Source of the DNA: an uncultured Bacteroidaceae bacterium
GTDB lineage: Bacteria; Bacteroidota; Bacteroidia; Bacteroidales; Bacteroidaceae
Reading direction: 5' to 3'
DNA: 64,000 nt
Assembly: GCA_964415385.1 (NCBI GenBank)
Contig: CAYPZK010000002.1
Location: forward strand, 46,320 to 110,319
Under the pieces are notes generated by a model that saw only the letters and a list, made by a program, of their open reading frames with translations, searched no databases and had not been told where the DNA came from. Shown one piece after another: positions 28,682 through 36,355 of the stretch. Within the stretch, counting starts at the first letter, position 1. Each line of letters starts with the position of its first letter. A program made the position numbers and the translations under genes.

Positions 28682-28962
28682 TGAAGGCCAAAATCAACAA
28701 CAACATAATTCCAAAGACTATGGAGACAAAGAAAAACGAGAAGACCCCGAGCCGCCAGGATGCGGCATTGTGGGAGGTGCGGCGTTACGAGGCCGCCAAG
28801 GAGTTCATGTCGCGCAACGTGCTGCCGGAGGCGGTGCGCATGCTGGAGGCCGGCTACTCGCCATTCGGCGACGACGGCGAATTTGCGAAGAAGTGCGCGG
28901 GGGCGGCCGTGGAATATGCCGACGCGCTGTTGGCGGAGCTTGGAAAGGACGCGGGAAAATGA
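28681..28962 (+). CDS. hypothetical protein
   Basis: 93-aa ORF, ATGA-coupled to the next gene. Confidence 0.5.
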   Translation: MKAKINNNIIPKTMETKKNEKTPSRQDAALWEVRRYEAAKEFMSRNVLPEAVRMLEAGYSPFGDDGEFAKKCAGAAVEYADALLAELGKDAGK

Positions 28963-29600
28963 AACTGCGACGCGCATACAGCCCGACGGACATCATGAAG
29001 ATGAAGATACCGTCGTTTGCGTTCACGGGGGCGTGGCAGGCTTCGCTGGGCAATCCGGCGAAGACGGGCACGTGGATCATCTGGGGCGCGAGCGGGAACG
29101 GGAAGACGAGCTTCGTGATGCAGCTGGCCAAGTATCTGTGCCGCTTTGACAGGGTGCTGTATGACAGCCTTGAGGAGGGCACGGGCCTGAGCGTGCAGAA
29201 GAGCATGGTGCGGCACAGGATGCAGGAGGTGAGCGGACGGTTCACGGTGCTGGACAGGGAGCCTATGGAGCAGCTGTGCGAGCGCCTAAGCAAGCGCAAG
29301 AGCCCCGGCATCGTGATTATCGATAGCCTGCAGTACAGCGGAATCACCTACAACGGCTACAAGCAGATGAAGGAGCGCTTCCACAACAAGCTGCTCATCT
29401 TTGTGAGCCACGCGCAGGGCATGCACCCCGAGGGCAGGGTCGGCGGCAAGATAGAGTATGACGCGGACATCAAGATAATGGTGGAGGGTTTCAGGGCGAG
29501 TTGCAAGAGCCGCTTCATGGACAGCCCTGGTGTGCCCTACACCATTTGGGAGGAAGGCGCGGCCAAGTACACGCTCGGCTGCGAGGATGAAAACAAGTAA
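28959..29600 (+). CDS. P-loop ATPase (RecA/KaiC-like core)
   Basis: ATG 28959 in frame with ORF 28770..29600. Walker A GASGNGKTS and Walker B-like IVIIDSLQ. Confidence 0.65.
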   Translation: MKLRRAYSPTDIMKMKIPSFAFTGAWQASLGNPAKTGTWIIWGASGNGKTSFVMQLAKYLCRFDRVLYDSLEEGTGLSVQKSMVRHRMQEVSGRFTVLDREPMEQLCERLSKRKSPGIVIIDSLQYSGITYNGYKQMKERFHNKLLIFVSHAQGMHPEGRVGGKIEYDADIKIMVEGFRASCKSRFMDSPGVPYTIWEEGAAKYTLGCEDENK

Positions 29601-29613
29601 GAAACCATTAAAA

Positions 29614-30102
29614 ATGAGACAGAACATGAACAAGAGAGTTTACATCAGCGGCGCGATAGCGCACTATGACATGGACGAAAGGAAGGCGGCGTTCAAGACC
29701 GCCGCCGAGCGACTGAAGAAAGCGGGTTACGAACCCCTTAACCCGTTTGAGAACGGTCTGCCCCAACCTGGGGACTGGCGTATGCACATGAAGGTGGACA
29801 TCAAGACGCTGCTGAGCTGCCAGTACATCTATATGCTGAAAGGCTGGTGGACGAGCAAGGGCGCGAAGCTGGAGCTTGACGTGGCGACCTCGTGCGGGCT
29901 GAAGCCCCTGTTTGAGGAGGACGGCGCACACGAGAGGGAGCAGGAGTGCTGCTTCTGCGGCAGGAAGTTCTACGGTATGGGCAACGACCCGTGGCCGCTG
30001 GCAGATGACGGCGTATGCTGCGACGACTGCCAGTGGGAGAAAGTGCTTCCGGCGCGATACAAGTTGGCGAAGACGACGAAAGAGAGAGAAAACGAAGTAT
30101 AA
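29614..30102 (+). CDS. DUF4406 (nucleoside 2-deoxyribosyltransferase-like) protein with C-terminal Cys-rich extension
   Basis: NKRVYISGAI...LLSCQYIYMLKGWWTSKGAKLELDVA resembles DUF4406. The tail CCFCGRKF...CCDDC looks zinc-binding. The start could be 29626. Confidence 0.55.
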   Translation: MRQNMNKRVYISGAIAHYDMDERKAAFKTAAERLKKAGYEPLNPFENGLPQPGDWRMHMKVDIKTLLSCQYIYMLKGWWTSKGAKLELDVATSCGLKPLFEEDGAHEREQECCFCGRKFYGMGNDPWPLADDGVCCDDCQWEKVLPARYKLAKTTKERENEV

Positions 30103-30122
30103 CCATTAAAAACCGAACAAAG

Positions 30123-30320
30123 ATGAAGACAAAAATTCAGAAGTTGCTGTTGCCGAAATGGTGGAACCCGCTGTTTTGGCTGCTGGTGGTGTTCGCCCCG
30201 ATGCTTGGCGTGGTTGCCGGCATCCTGGGCGGCGCGTTTGCTGGTATGCTGATGGGCTACGAGAGAGGCCTTGACGTGGCCCGAAAGAAAATGCACAAGA
30301 TAAACGAGCAGATAGCATGA
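30123..30320 (+). CDS. small membrane protein
   Basis: 65 aa with one clear hydrophobic helix (WWNPLFWLLVVFAPMLGVVAGILGGAFAGML). Confidence 0.5.
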   Translation: MKTKIQKLLLPKWWNPLFWLLVVFAPMLGVVAGILGGAFAGMLMGYERGLDVARKKMHKINEQIA

Positions 30321-30751
30321 GTACGGGTGATTACCGGCGTTTTTACGCCTCGTTGAACAAACTGTACGGCTGCGACGCTGAGGAGCTGAAGGAGAGCCTC
30401 GTGAGCAGCTACACGGACGGCCGGACGACGCACCTCCATGAGATGGAGGACTGGGAGTACAAGACCATGTGCGAGTCGCTTGAGGAGAAGACTGGCTGGA
30501 AGGAGATGCGTCGCAAGGCGCGGAGCCTGTGCCTGAAGCTGATGCAGAAGGCCGGCGTGGACACGACGGACTGGGACAAGGTGAACGCCTTTTGCGCGAG
30601 TCCGCGTATAGCGGGCAAGGCATTTGCCCGTCTGGACTTGAAAGAGCTGGCCGCCGTCCAGACGAAACTGCGCGTCATCATCAGGAAAGGCGGATTGAAG
30701 CCAAGACGTCAGACCATAGTGTTGCCGATGCCGCCCTGCGGCGTGGCATAA
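30317..30751 (+). CDS. possible GemA/Mu gp16-like protein (DUF1018)
   Basis: 144 aa, positioned between the transposition genes and gam. Two-module helical pattern. Weak recall-based call. Confidence 0.4.
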   Translation: MSTGDYRRFYASLNKLYGCDAEELKESLVSSYTDGRTTHLHEMEDWEYKTMCESLEEKTGWKEMRRKARSLCLKLMQKAGVDTTDWDKVNAFCASPRIAGKAFARLDLKELAAVQTKLRVIIRKGGLKPRRQTIVLPMPPCGVA

Positions 30752-30803
30752 GTAAAACTTGAGTGTTAATCACAATAAAACCAACAATTAAAAAATCAAG
30801 ACA

Positions 30804-31349
30804 ATGGCAAGACAGAAAAAGACCATTATCACGGGCGTGACGAGAGAGCGCGCCGACGAGGCGTTTGCCACGTATGCGAAGAGCAACGCCCAGATTCAGA
30901 AAATCAATGCGGAGATAGAGTTGCAGTGTGCCAAGATCCGCGAGAAGTGGCAGGACAGGCTGGCGAGCTTAGCCGCGGAGAAAGAGACGGCGTTTGACAC
31001 GCTGCAGAGCTTCGCCACGGAGAACCAGGCGGAACTGTTCACGAAGAAGAAGAGCCTGGAGATGGCCCACGGGACGATAGGGTTCCGCACGGGCACCCCG
31101 AAGCTGAAGCTGCTGCGCGGGTTCACTTGGATCAGCGCGCTGCCGCTGGTGAAGGAGTTCCTGCCGGCCTATGTGAGGCAGAGCGAGGAAGTGGCCAAGG
31201 ACAAGCTGCTGGCCGACCGCGACGCGGAAGTGAAGGTGGAGGGCGAAGCCGCCGCCAGGCCGATGAGCGAGCAGATGGCGAAGTGCGGCATCCAGGTGGT
31301 TCAGGAAGAGGCGTTCTTCGTGGAGCCGAAGAAAGAGGAGACAGCATGA
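30804..31349 (+). CDS. gam: host-nuclease inhibitor Gam-family protein (Mu Gam-like)
   Basis: 181 aa. N-terminal coiled coil then GTIGFRTGTPKLKL, which aligns by eye with the Mu Gam architecture. Confidence 0.75.
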   Translation: MARQKKTIITGVTRERADEAFATYAKSNAQIQKINAEIELQCAKIREKWQDRLASLAAEKETAFDTLQSFATENQAELFTKKKSLEMAHGTIGFRTGTPKLKLLRGFTWISALPLVKEFLPAYVRQSEEVAKDKLLADRDAEVKVEGEAAARPMSEQMAKCGIQVVQEEAFFVEPKKEETA

Positions 31350-31395
31350 CGGGATAGCGGCCTGCAGTCGCCTGTTTTGTTTACACTGTTAATGG

Positions 31396-31431
31396 AAAGA
31401 GCGGTAGATTAGACATTTACCGCTCTTTTTT
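31396..31431 (+). terminator. rho-independent terminator ending the early operon
   Basis: AAAGAGCGGTA-N11-TACCGCTCTTT (11-bp stem) followed by a T run. Confidence 0.8.
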
Positions 31432-31455
31432 GCGTTGATTATGAAAAAAGATTTG

Positions 31456-31463
31456 TAACTTTG
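31456..31463 (+). promoter_or_regulatory. -7 promoter box TAACTTTG
   Basis: 20 nt upstream of ATG 31483, immediately after the early terminator. Confidence 0.5.
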
Positions 31464-31482
31464 TGGAATAGAAAGCGCAGGG

Positions 31483-31770
31483 ATGTCGAGAAGAGGAAGG
31501 AACAAGGAACTCATCAGGAAGCGCGACGAGCAGTTGTGCCGCCGCTACGTTTATTGGACGGAGAAGCAGCGTCTCCGTTTCGACGATGCCTTGCGCATAC
31601 TTTCGGAGCAGGAGTTTTTCATCAGCGAGGAGCGCATCCTGGCCATCATCCGTCGCAAGGGGGGCGAGCTGGAGGCGATAGCGCTGAAGCCTGTGAAGAA
31701 AGTGAAGCAGCCGAAGCTGACGGCGAAGCAGCTGGACTTGTTTGAGACGGAGGGCGTGGGCTACGAGTAG
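31483..31770 (+). CDS. small basic protein, candidate middle/late transcription regulator
   Basis: 95 aa. Stand-alone unit with its own promoter between the early terminator and the convergent head module. The function is inference only. Confidence 0.45.
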   Translation: MSRRGRNKELIRKRDEQLCRRYVYWTEKQRLRFDDALRILSEQEFFISEERILAIIRRKGGELEAIALKPVKKVKQPKLTAKQLDLFETEGVGYE

Positions 31771-31778
31771 AAACGGCC

Positions 31779-32222
31779 TCAGTCGGGCGCGGCGGAGCTG
31801 TCGTCCATCTCAAACTGGAAGATGTACTCATATACCTTTACAGCCCCCGGCATGGAGTAGAATCGCGTCTTGGTGCGGAATATGGGCCCCATGTCGGGAA
31901 GCGGACAGAAGCACTGCAGGGCGGTGTAGAGCCGGTTGGCGAGTGAAAGCCGCTGGGCTACCTTTTCCTCCGTGCCTGAGCCGTAGTGCGTGTCGTGGTA
32001 GCAATCGACGGCGAGGCGTGCTGAGAACTGGACGGTACCCTTCTGCGTGCCGAGGCCGATGTCGTTCCAGTCGGCTTCGAGGTTGCCGACGAGTGCGCAT
32101 GGGAATGTTACGGGGTAGGTGTCCTCGTCGGTTTCGAGTTGTCCGTAGTCCTCATCGACGAGGGAGAGTTCGGGCATTTCCTGCCTGATCTGCTCGAGGA
32201 TTTTGATGAAAAGTTCTTCCAT
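31779..32222 (-). CDS. hypothetical virion protein (last gene of the leftward head module)
   Basis: 147-aa ORF with protein-like composition. Confidence 0.5.
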   Translation of the reverse strand: MEELFIKILEQIRQEMPELSLVDEDYGQLETDEDTYPVTFPCALVGNLEADWNDIGLGTQKGTVQFSARLAVDCYHDTHYGSGTEEKVAQRLSLANRLYTALQCFCPLPDMGPIFRTKTRFYSMPGAVKVYEYIFQFEMDDSSAAPD

Positions 32223-32228
32223 GACTGT

Positions 32229-32852
32229 TTATGTGTTTAATGTCTTGTTGATTTCGTTTTCTATACGTTGGTTGATTTGCGTATTGAGTTCGGCACTTTC
32301 GCCGATGAACTGTCGCTGGGGGATGCGGACGCGCAGTTTCTTCTTGCGTGTGAGCGCGAGCGATTTCCAGAACTGCGCGGCGGTTGTCTCTATCTTTGGT
32401 GCAGAAGCCTTGTTTTTGGGCTTTCTTTTGGCCTGTGTCGCTTTCTTTTTCCGTCCTTGGGCATTGTAGTACATGGCCCATGCGAAGCGCCTCATTCGGG
32501 GCGTTACGGTGGGGTTGGTGTCGCCGCCGAAGTTATGGATGGCGGCATAGGGGAGGTCGTTGGAGACGACTACGCGGAAGTCGGAGGGCGTGTATTTGAT
32601 GGACGAGAAAAGGTGTCGCCGCGAGGAGAGCAGCGGGCCGTATTGCGAGGCCGCCCCTTTCATGCCCGAGTTCTGCCGCCGTGTGGTAGGCCACGGGTGC
32701 AGGCCGTTGTTTTGGAAGCCGGACTTTCGGAAGTTGTCCTGGTAGAAGTCCTTTGCCATGCGTCCGACGACGACGGGGAGGTTGCGGCGGAGTAGCTTTT
32801 CGACCTCGCGCTGCTTCTTTTTGAGTTCGTTGGAGAAATCTTTTATGTCCAT
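32229..32852 (-). CDS. phage virion morphogenesis protein (Mu gpG-like)
   Basis: LPYAAIHNFGGDT hallmark. Start taken at MDIKDF (32852). 32873 is also possible. Confidence 0.75.
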   Translation of the reverse strand: MDIKDFSNELKKKQREVEKLLRRNLPVVVGRMAKDFYQDNFRKSGFQNNGLHPWPTTRRQNSGMKGAASQYGPLLSSRRHLFSSIKYTPSDFRVVVSNDLPYAAIHNFGGDTNPTVTPRMRRFAWAMYYNAQGRKKKATQAKRKPKNKASAPKIETTAAQFWKSLALTRKKKLRVRIPQRQFIGESAELNTQINQRIENEINKTLNT

Positions 32853-32856
32853 ATCG

Positions 32857-33081
32857 TTACGAATGCGTTGCATGTTTGTTTGCCTTGCCAATGAGGATAA
32901 AGAGAGCACCTTTCCTGCGGCAGAATGCTTGCTTTGCGAGAAACATCATAGCCACGAGGCATTCCCCAAAGGATGGCCGGTAAAATGCCATGGTGTTTTC
33001 GACATTCAAATGCCCTTTGAGGCACATTTGAATGGCTTTCAAATTCCACAATTTCAGTATTTCGCGTTCTTTCTTTTTCAT
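32857..33081 (-). CDS. small ORF downstream of the MuF C-terminal module (candidate immunity protein)
   Basis: 74 codons from ATG 33081 (MKKKEREILKLWNLK...). Low GC. The stop is 4 nt before the Mu-G-like start. Weak. Confidence 0.3.
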   Translation of the reverse strand: MKKKEREILKLWNLKAIQMCLKGHLNVENTMAFYRPSFGECLVAMMFLAKQAFCRRKGALFILIGKANKHATHS

Positions 33082-33108
33082 TTTCTTTGTTCGTTGGAGA
33101 TTAAGTTG

Positions 33109-33116
33109 TACCTTTG
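33109..33116 (+). promoter_or_regulatory. -7 box TACCTTTG with TTTG 20 nt upstream (orphan plus-strand promoter)
   Basis: TTTG at 33086-33089 and TACCTTTG at 33109-33116. There is no plus-strand ORF downstream. Confidence 0.4.
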
Positions 33117-33167
33117 CACCAGCTTCGCAAGAAGTTAGGGACAGGACTGAAAGGTCGTGTACCACGC

Positions 33168-33196
33168 AGAGCCGTTTTTTAGCGGCTCTATTTTTT
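33168..33196 (+). terminator. hairpin AGAGCCG-N8-CGGCTCT followed by ATTTTTT
   Basis: Read directly. The T run is present only on the plus strand. Confidence 0.5.
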
Positions 33197-34565
33197 ACAT
33201 ACTTCTCAATACCTTATCATTCTTGAAATAGAAGTAGATTGAAAGTCCGGGGTACTTGCGTTTGGCTTCATTTAGTGCTTCGTAAATGTCGGATGTCCTT
33301 TTTTCAAGTTCAAAGACAATTGCTTTAGCCCCTTGTTCCTTAAACGCTTTCTTCGCATACTTCTCAATGTTGTTGTGGCTGCCTGTAGCCTTTAATTCGG
33401 CAGGTGTTCCGTCCAGCGTGATGTCGTAGGTCTCCCCTACCGGTCTGTTCACTCCATGGAGGTATTCCACCTTGTGGCCGTTATCCGCAATAACCATACA
33501 CATATTGAGTTCTTTCTTGTATTTCTTCTTTTCTTGTTTTGAGGCTTTAGCTTCTGTGATGCGCTCTTTCTCTGTCATCACATAGCCATCGGCATTCTTG
33601 GAGTTGTAGGAATGTTCCCACTGCTTTTTGTCGTACTTGTGAATTTCACGTGCCAGAGCCTTGTCGATGCACCCATTGATGTACGGGCAGTTGTAGCAGT
33701 CCTTGACGCGGTTTTGGAAGAGGAAGCGCAGCCGGTCTTTGAGCGAGGGCTTGTAGAAGTCGCAACGTGCGCAGGAGGACGGGAAATACGGGTGGTCTTG
33801 GCTGAATGTCGCCCTGTCTTGCCCCGGATTGCCCGAGAGCCCCGGCTGTGGCTGTGAGGAGGCGGGAACGTCGGCCGGAATGTCGGTGGGCTGCTCGTCG
33901 GTGGACGAGAGCGAGCACTTGCAGTTCCACCGGTCGCCCGGCCTGTGCTGTTTCCAGAATGGGTCGTCGATGGGACGTATGGTGCCCCAGAAGATGCGGT
34001 GGTCGGCTCCTGGATGTGCGGAGGTGGAGGGCATCCACTTGAGGTTGGGGAGGACGTCGCGCTCGCGCTCGAACTGCTGCCAGTCGGCCGCCTGGTGAGC
34101 GCGGATGACGGCGGTGTCGTACTCCGTTTGGAACCAGGCGCGGCACTGGTGGGAGGCTATGGGCTGTATGTCCTTCACCCACTGCGAGAACGGCTTGAGG
34201 CTGCCGTCGGTGTTGAGTAGGCGTGCCGCGATGTCGCGCTGGAAGCGGTGCGTCTTGAAAGCCGCGAACACCTCGTCGGAGTGGCGCAGGGCGTGGTAGA
34301 AGTCGTCGTCGGGGTCGTCGGGTTGGAAACCCTCGGTGACGGCGAGGTCGAGGAACTGGCAGAACTCGCGCAGGAGGCCGGTCTCGAGATAGTCCTTTTT
34401 CCCGCCCCGCTTGGCGTAGATGTCCCGTAGGGCATGCAGCAGCACGTCGGCGTCGAAAGAGAAGCCGGAAGACGCCGGATTGTCGCTGTCGTAGTAGAGG
34501 TGGTTGACTACCAGTCTAAATCCGCCCCGTGCGGCGACGGGGCCCATGCGAAAAAACGCCGCCAC
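33195..34565 (-). CDS. Mu-F/SPP1 gp7-family head morphogenesis protein with a low-GC C-terminal nuclease-like module
   Basis: MuF core FQTEYDTAVIRAHQAADWQ...HPGADHRIFWGT...RPGDRWNCKCSL. The last ~150 aa show a compositional break and a YDITLDGTPAELK (D..ExK) pattern. The start may be 34547. Confidence 0.8.
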   Translation of the reverse strand: MAAFFRMGPVAARGGFRLVVNHLYYDSDNPASSGFSFDADVLLHALRDIYAKRGGKKDYLETGLLREFCQFLDLAVTEGFQPDDPDDDFYHALRHSDEVFAAFKTHRFQRDIAARLLNTDGSLKPFSQWVKDIQPIASHQCRAWFQTEYDTAVIRAHQAADWQQFERERDVLPNLKWMPSTSAHPGADHRIFWGTIRPIDDPFWKQHRPGDRWNCKCSLSSTDEQPTDIPADVPASSQPQPGLSGNPGQDRATFSQDHPYFPSSCARCDFYKPSLKDRLRFLFQNRVKDCYNCPYINGCIDKALAREIHKYDKKQWEHSYNSKNADGYVMTEKERITEAKASKQEKKKYKKELNMCMVIADNGHKVEYLHGVNRPVGETYDITLDGTPAELKATGSHNNIEKYAKKAFKEQGAKAIVFELEKRTSDIYEALNEAKRKYPGLSIYFYFKNDKVLRSM

Positions 34566-35914
34566 CAGTCCTTGAAGCCCTTTTTGGATTTGGGCGGGTT
34601 GGGAACGTCCTTGTGCTTGCCGTCATCGTTGGTGTCGCCGTCCGGCTCGTCGTCATCGTCATTGTCCTTGTGCTGTGCCGCCGCGAGCGCGGCCTGCGCC
34701 CGCTGCCTGTCGTCGATGCGCTGCTGCTCCTGCGCGGCTTTCTGCGCGTCGTAGTCCTTGGGCTTCTCCACGCCGAACTCCTCGTAGAGCCAGTCGTCGT
34801 CGACGGGGAGGGAGAAGTTCGTGCGGAGCTGCGTGAGTATGGACATCTTGGTGCTCATATCCACATCCTTCTGCTCTGGGAAGCAGAACTGTCCGCCCTT
34901 GGTGTCGATGCCCATGGCGGCGAAGATGTCCGCCATGTCGTAGTTGAGGATGTCGAGGATATAGAGGCGGTCGGACTGTGTGACCTTGTCCTCGACCTTC
35001 TTGTGTACGGTGCCGAGCGCCTGCGTGCCGTTCTCGGACGACTCGGTGGTGAGCGTGTTGCCGAGGATGAGCTTTGAGATCTCGTTGTTGCAGCGTTCGC
35101 AGAGTTTCTCATAGACCTCTGCGGAACCCGTCTTGTTGCCCGCCTCCACGAGGTTGAGTTCCGTGTCCTTGCCGTGAATGAACGTGGCGAGCGCGCCGAG
35201 CGAGTTGGCGTCCTCGAGCGCGCGCTTGCGGCTGTCCTCGTCATCGGTTTCGTAGGTGTATTCCTGTATGGGCATCCCGAAGACCTCGGAGAACTGCGCC
35301 CAGTCCGCTGTGGTGTTGCGCTTGTAGATGACCCATGGCGCGGCCTTGGCGAGCAGCCCGAGGTCGTCCTGCCCGCCCACGAAGAGGAGGTCGGGGTACT
35401 CGTCCCAGGAAGTGCCTGTGATGTCGGTCTGCTGTCGGAGGATGAGGTGGCGGACGGGGTCGACGTGCTTCCTTGGAATGAGGTCGTAGTCCACCCACTG
35501 TCCGTTGCGGTAGAACTGGAGGAGCGAGAAGCCCCAGAAGCGGGCGTCGAGGAGGTCGGCTATGCAGCGGTTGAACCACGGCGAGTGGATCTGCTCGTTG
35601 ACGCGGTCGTCGGGCTTGCCGTTGCGCCGGAACTCGATCTGCGAGCAGAGGACGGCGTTCTTGCGCTTCTCGATGACGCAGGAGAGGTGTGTGTCGATGA
35701 GGATGTCGGTGTAGAGGTCGTAGAGGCGCGAGCGCCGCGAGAAGTCGACGTCCTCGGCGGCGCGTATGGCCGTCATGAAGTCGGCGGTGTCGATGCCGAA
35801 TCGCTTGGGCTGCGTGAGGCGTATGACGGCGGGTTGCCGCTGCCCCGGACGTGGCACGTTGCCGCTGACGGTGATGCGCCCTTTTTGGTTATTGGAATTT
35901 CTTCGTTTGCTCAT
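34508..35914 (-). CDS. portal protein (DUF935 / Mu gp29-like)
   Basis: 468 aa, located between TerL/DUF1320 and MuF. Acidic C-terminal tail. Confidence 0.8.
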   Translation of the reverse strand: MSKRRNSNNQKGRITVSGNVPRPGQRQPAVIRLTQPKRFGIDTADFMTAIRAAEDVDFSRRSRLYDLYTDILIDTHLSCVIEKRKNAVLCSQIEFRRNGKPDDRVNEQIHSPWFNRCIADLLDARFWGFSLLQFYRNGQWVDYDLIPRKHVDPVRHLILRQQTDITGTSWDEYPDLLFVGGQDDLGLLAKAAPWVIYKRNTTADWAQFSEVFGMPIQEYTYETDDEDSRKRALEDANSLGALATFIHGKDTELNLVEAGNKTGSAEVYEKLCERCNNEISKLILGNTLTTESSENGTQALGTVHKKVEDKVTQSDRLYILDILNYDMADIFAAMGIDTKGGQFCFPEQKDVDMSTKMSILTQLRTNFSLPVDDDWLYEEFGVEKPKDYDAQKAAQEQQRIDDRQRAQAALAAAQHKDNDDDDEPDGDTNDDGKHKDVPNPPKSKKGFKDWWRRFFAWAPSPHGADLDW

Positions 35915-35927
35915 ATCTTGAAAGGTG

Positions 35928-36353
35928 TTATAGTCTGTTTACACGTTTTCGGTTGCTTCGGAACATGAGCGGCGCCTTGGCCGCGCGTTCCTCTTCGGGG
36001 AGTAGTGGCACGCCCTCGATGGAGATTTCCTCGTCGGCCACGGCCCGCATCCACTCCACCGCGCGGTCGTACCTGTCCTTGCGGATTTGGGAGAGCTTTT
36101 GCGGGTTGTGTATGGAGAAGATGTGGTAGACGGCGATGTCGAGCGCCATCATCAGTACGAGCTGGTTGCGGTCGCCGCCCTCGGCGGAGAATATGGCGTC
36201 GCAGTCGTAGCGTTTGGAAAGGTAGCAGCGCATCTCGGCGATGGCGCGGTCGGAGCAGATCTCCACGAGGGAGGCGTCGTCTCGCGTGAGGGCGTCGAGG
36301 ATGTCGCGGTGTACGGTGGCGTCGAAGTCGTCAATGGTTATGAACTTGCCCAT
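35928..36353 (-). CDS. DUF1320 (Mu gp36-like) protein
   Basis: 141 aa. Position and MGKFITIDDFDATVHRDILDALT... resemble the gp36 family. Confidence 0.6.
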   Translation of the reverse strand: MGKFITIDDFDATVHRDILDALTRDDASLVEICSDRAIAEMRCYLSKRYDCDAIFSAEGGDRNQLVLMMALDIAVYHIFSIHNPQKLSQIRKDRYDRAVEWMRAVADEEISIEGVPLLPEEERAAKAPLMFRSNRKRVNRL

Positions 36354-36355
36354 GG

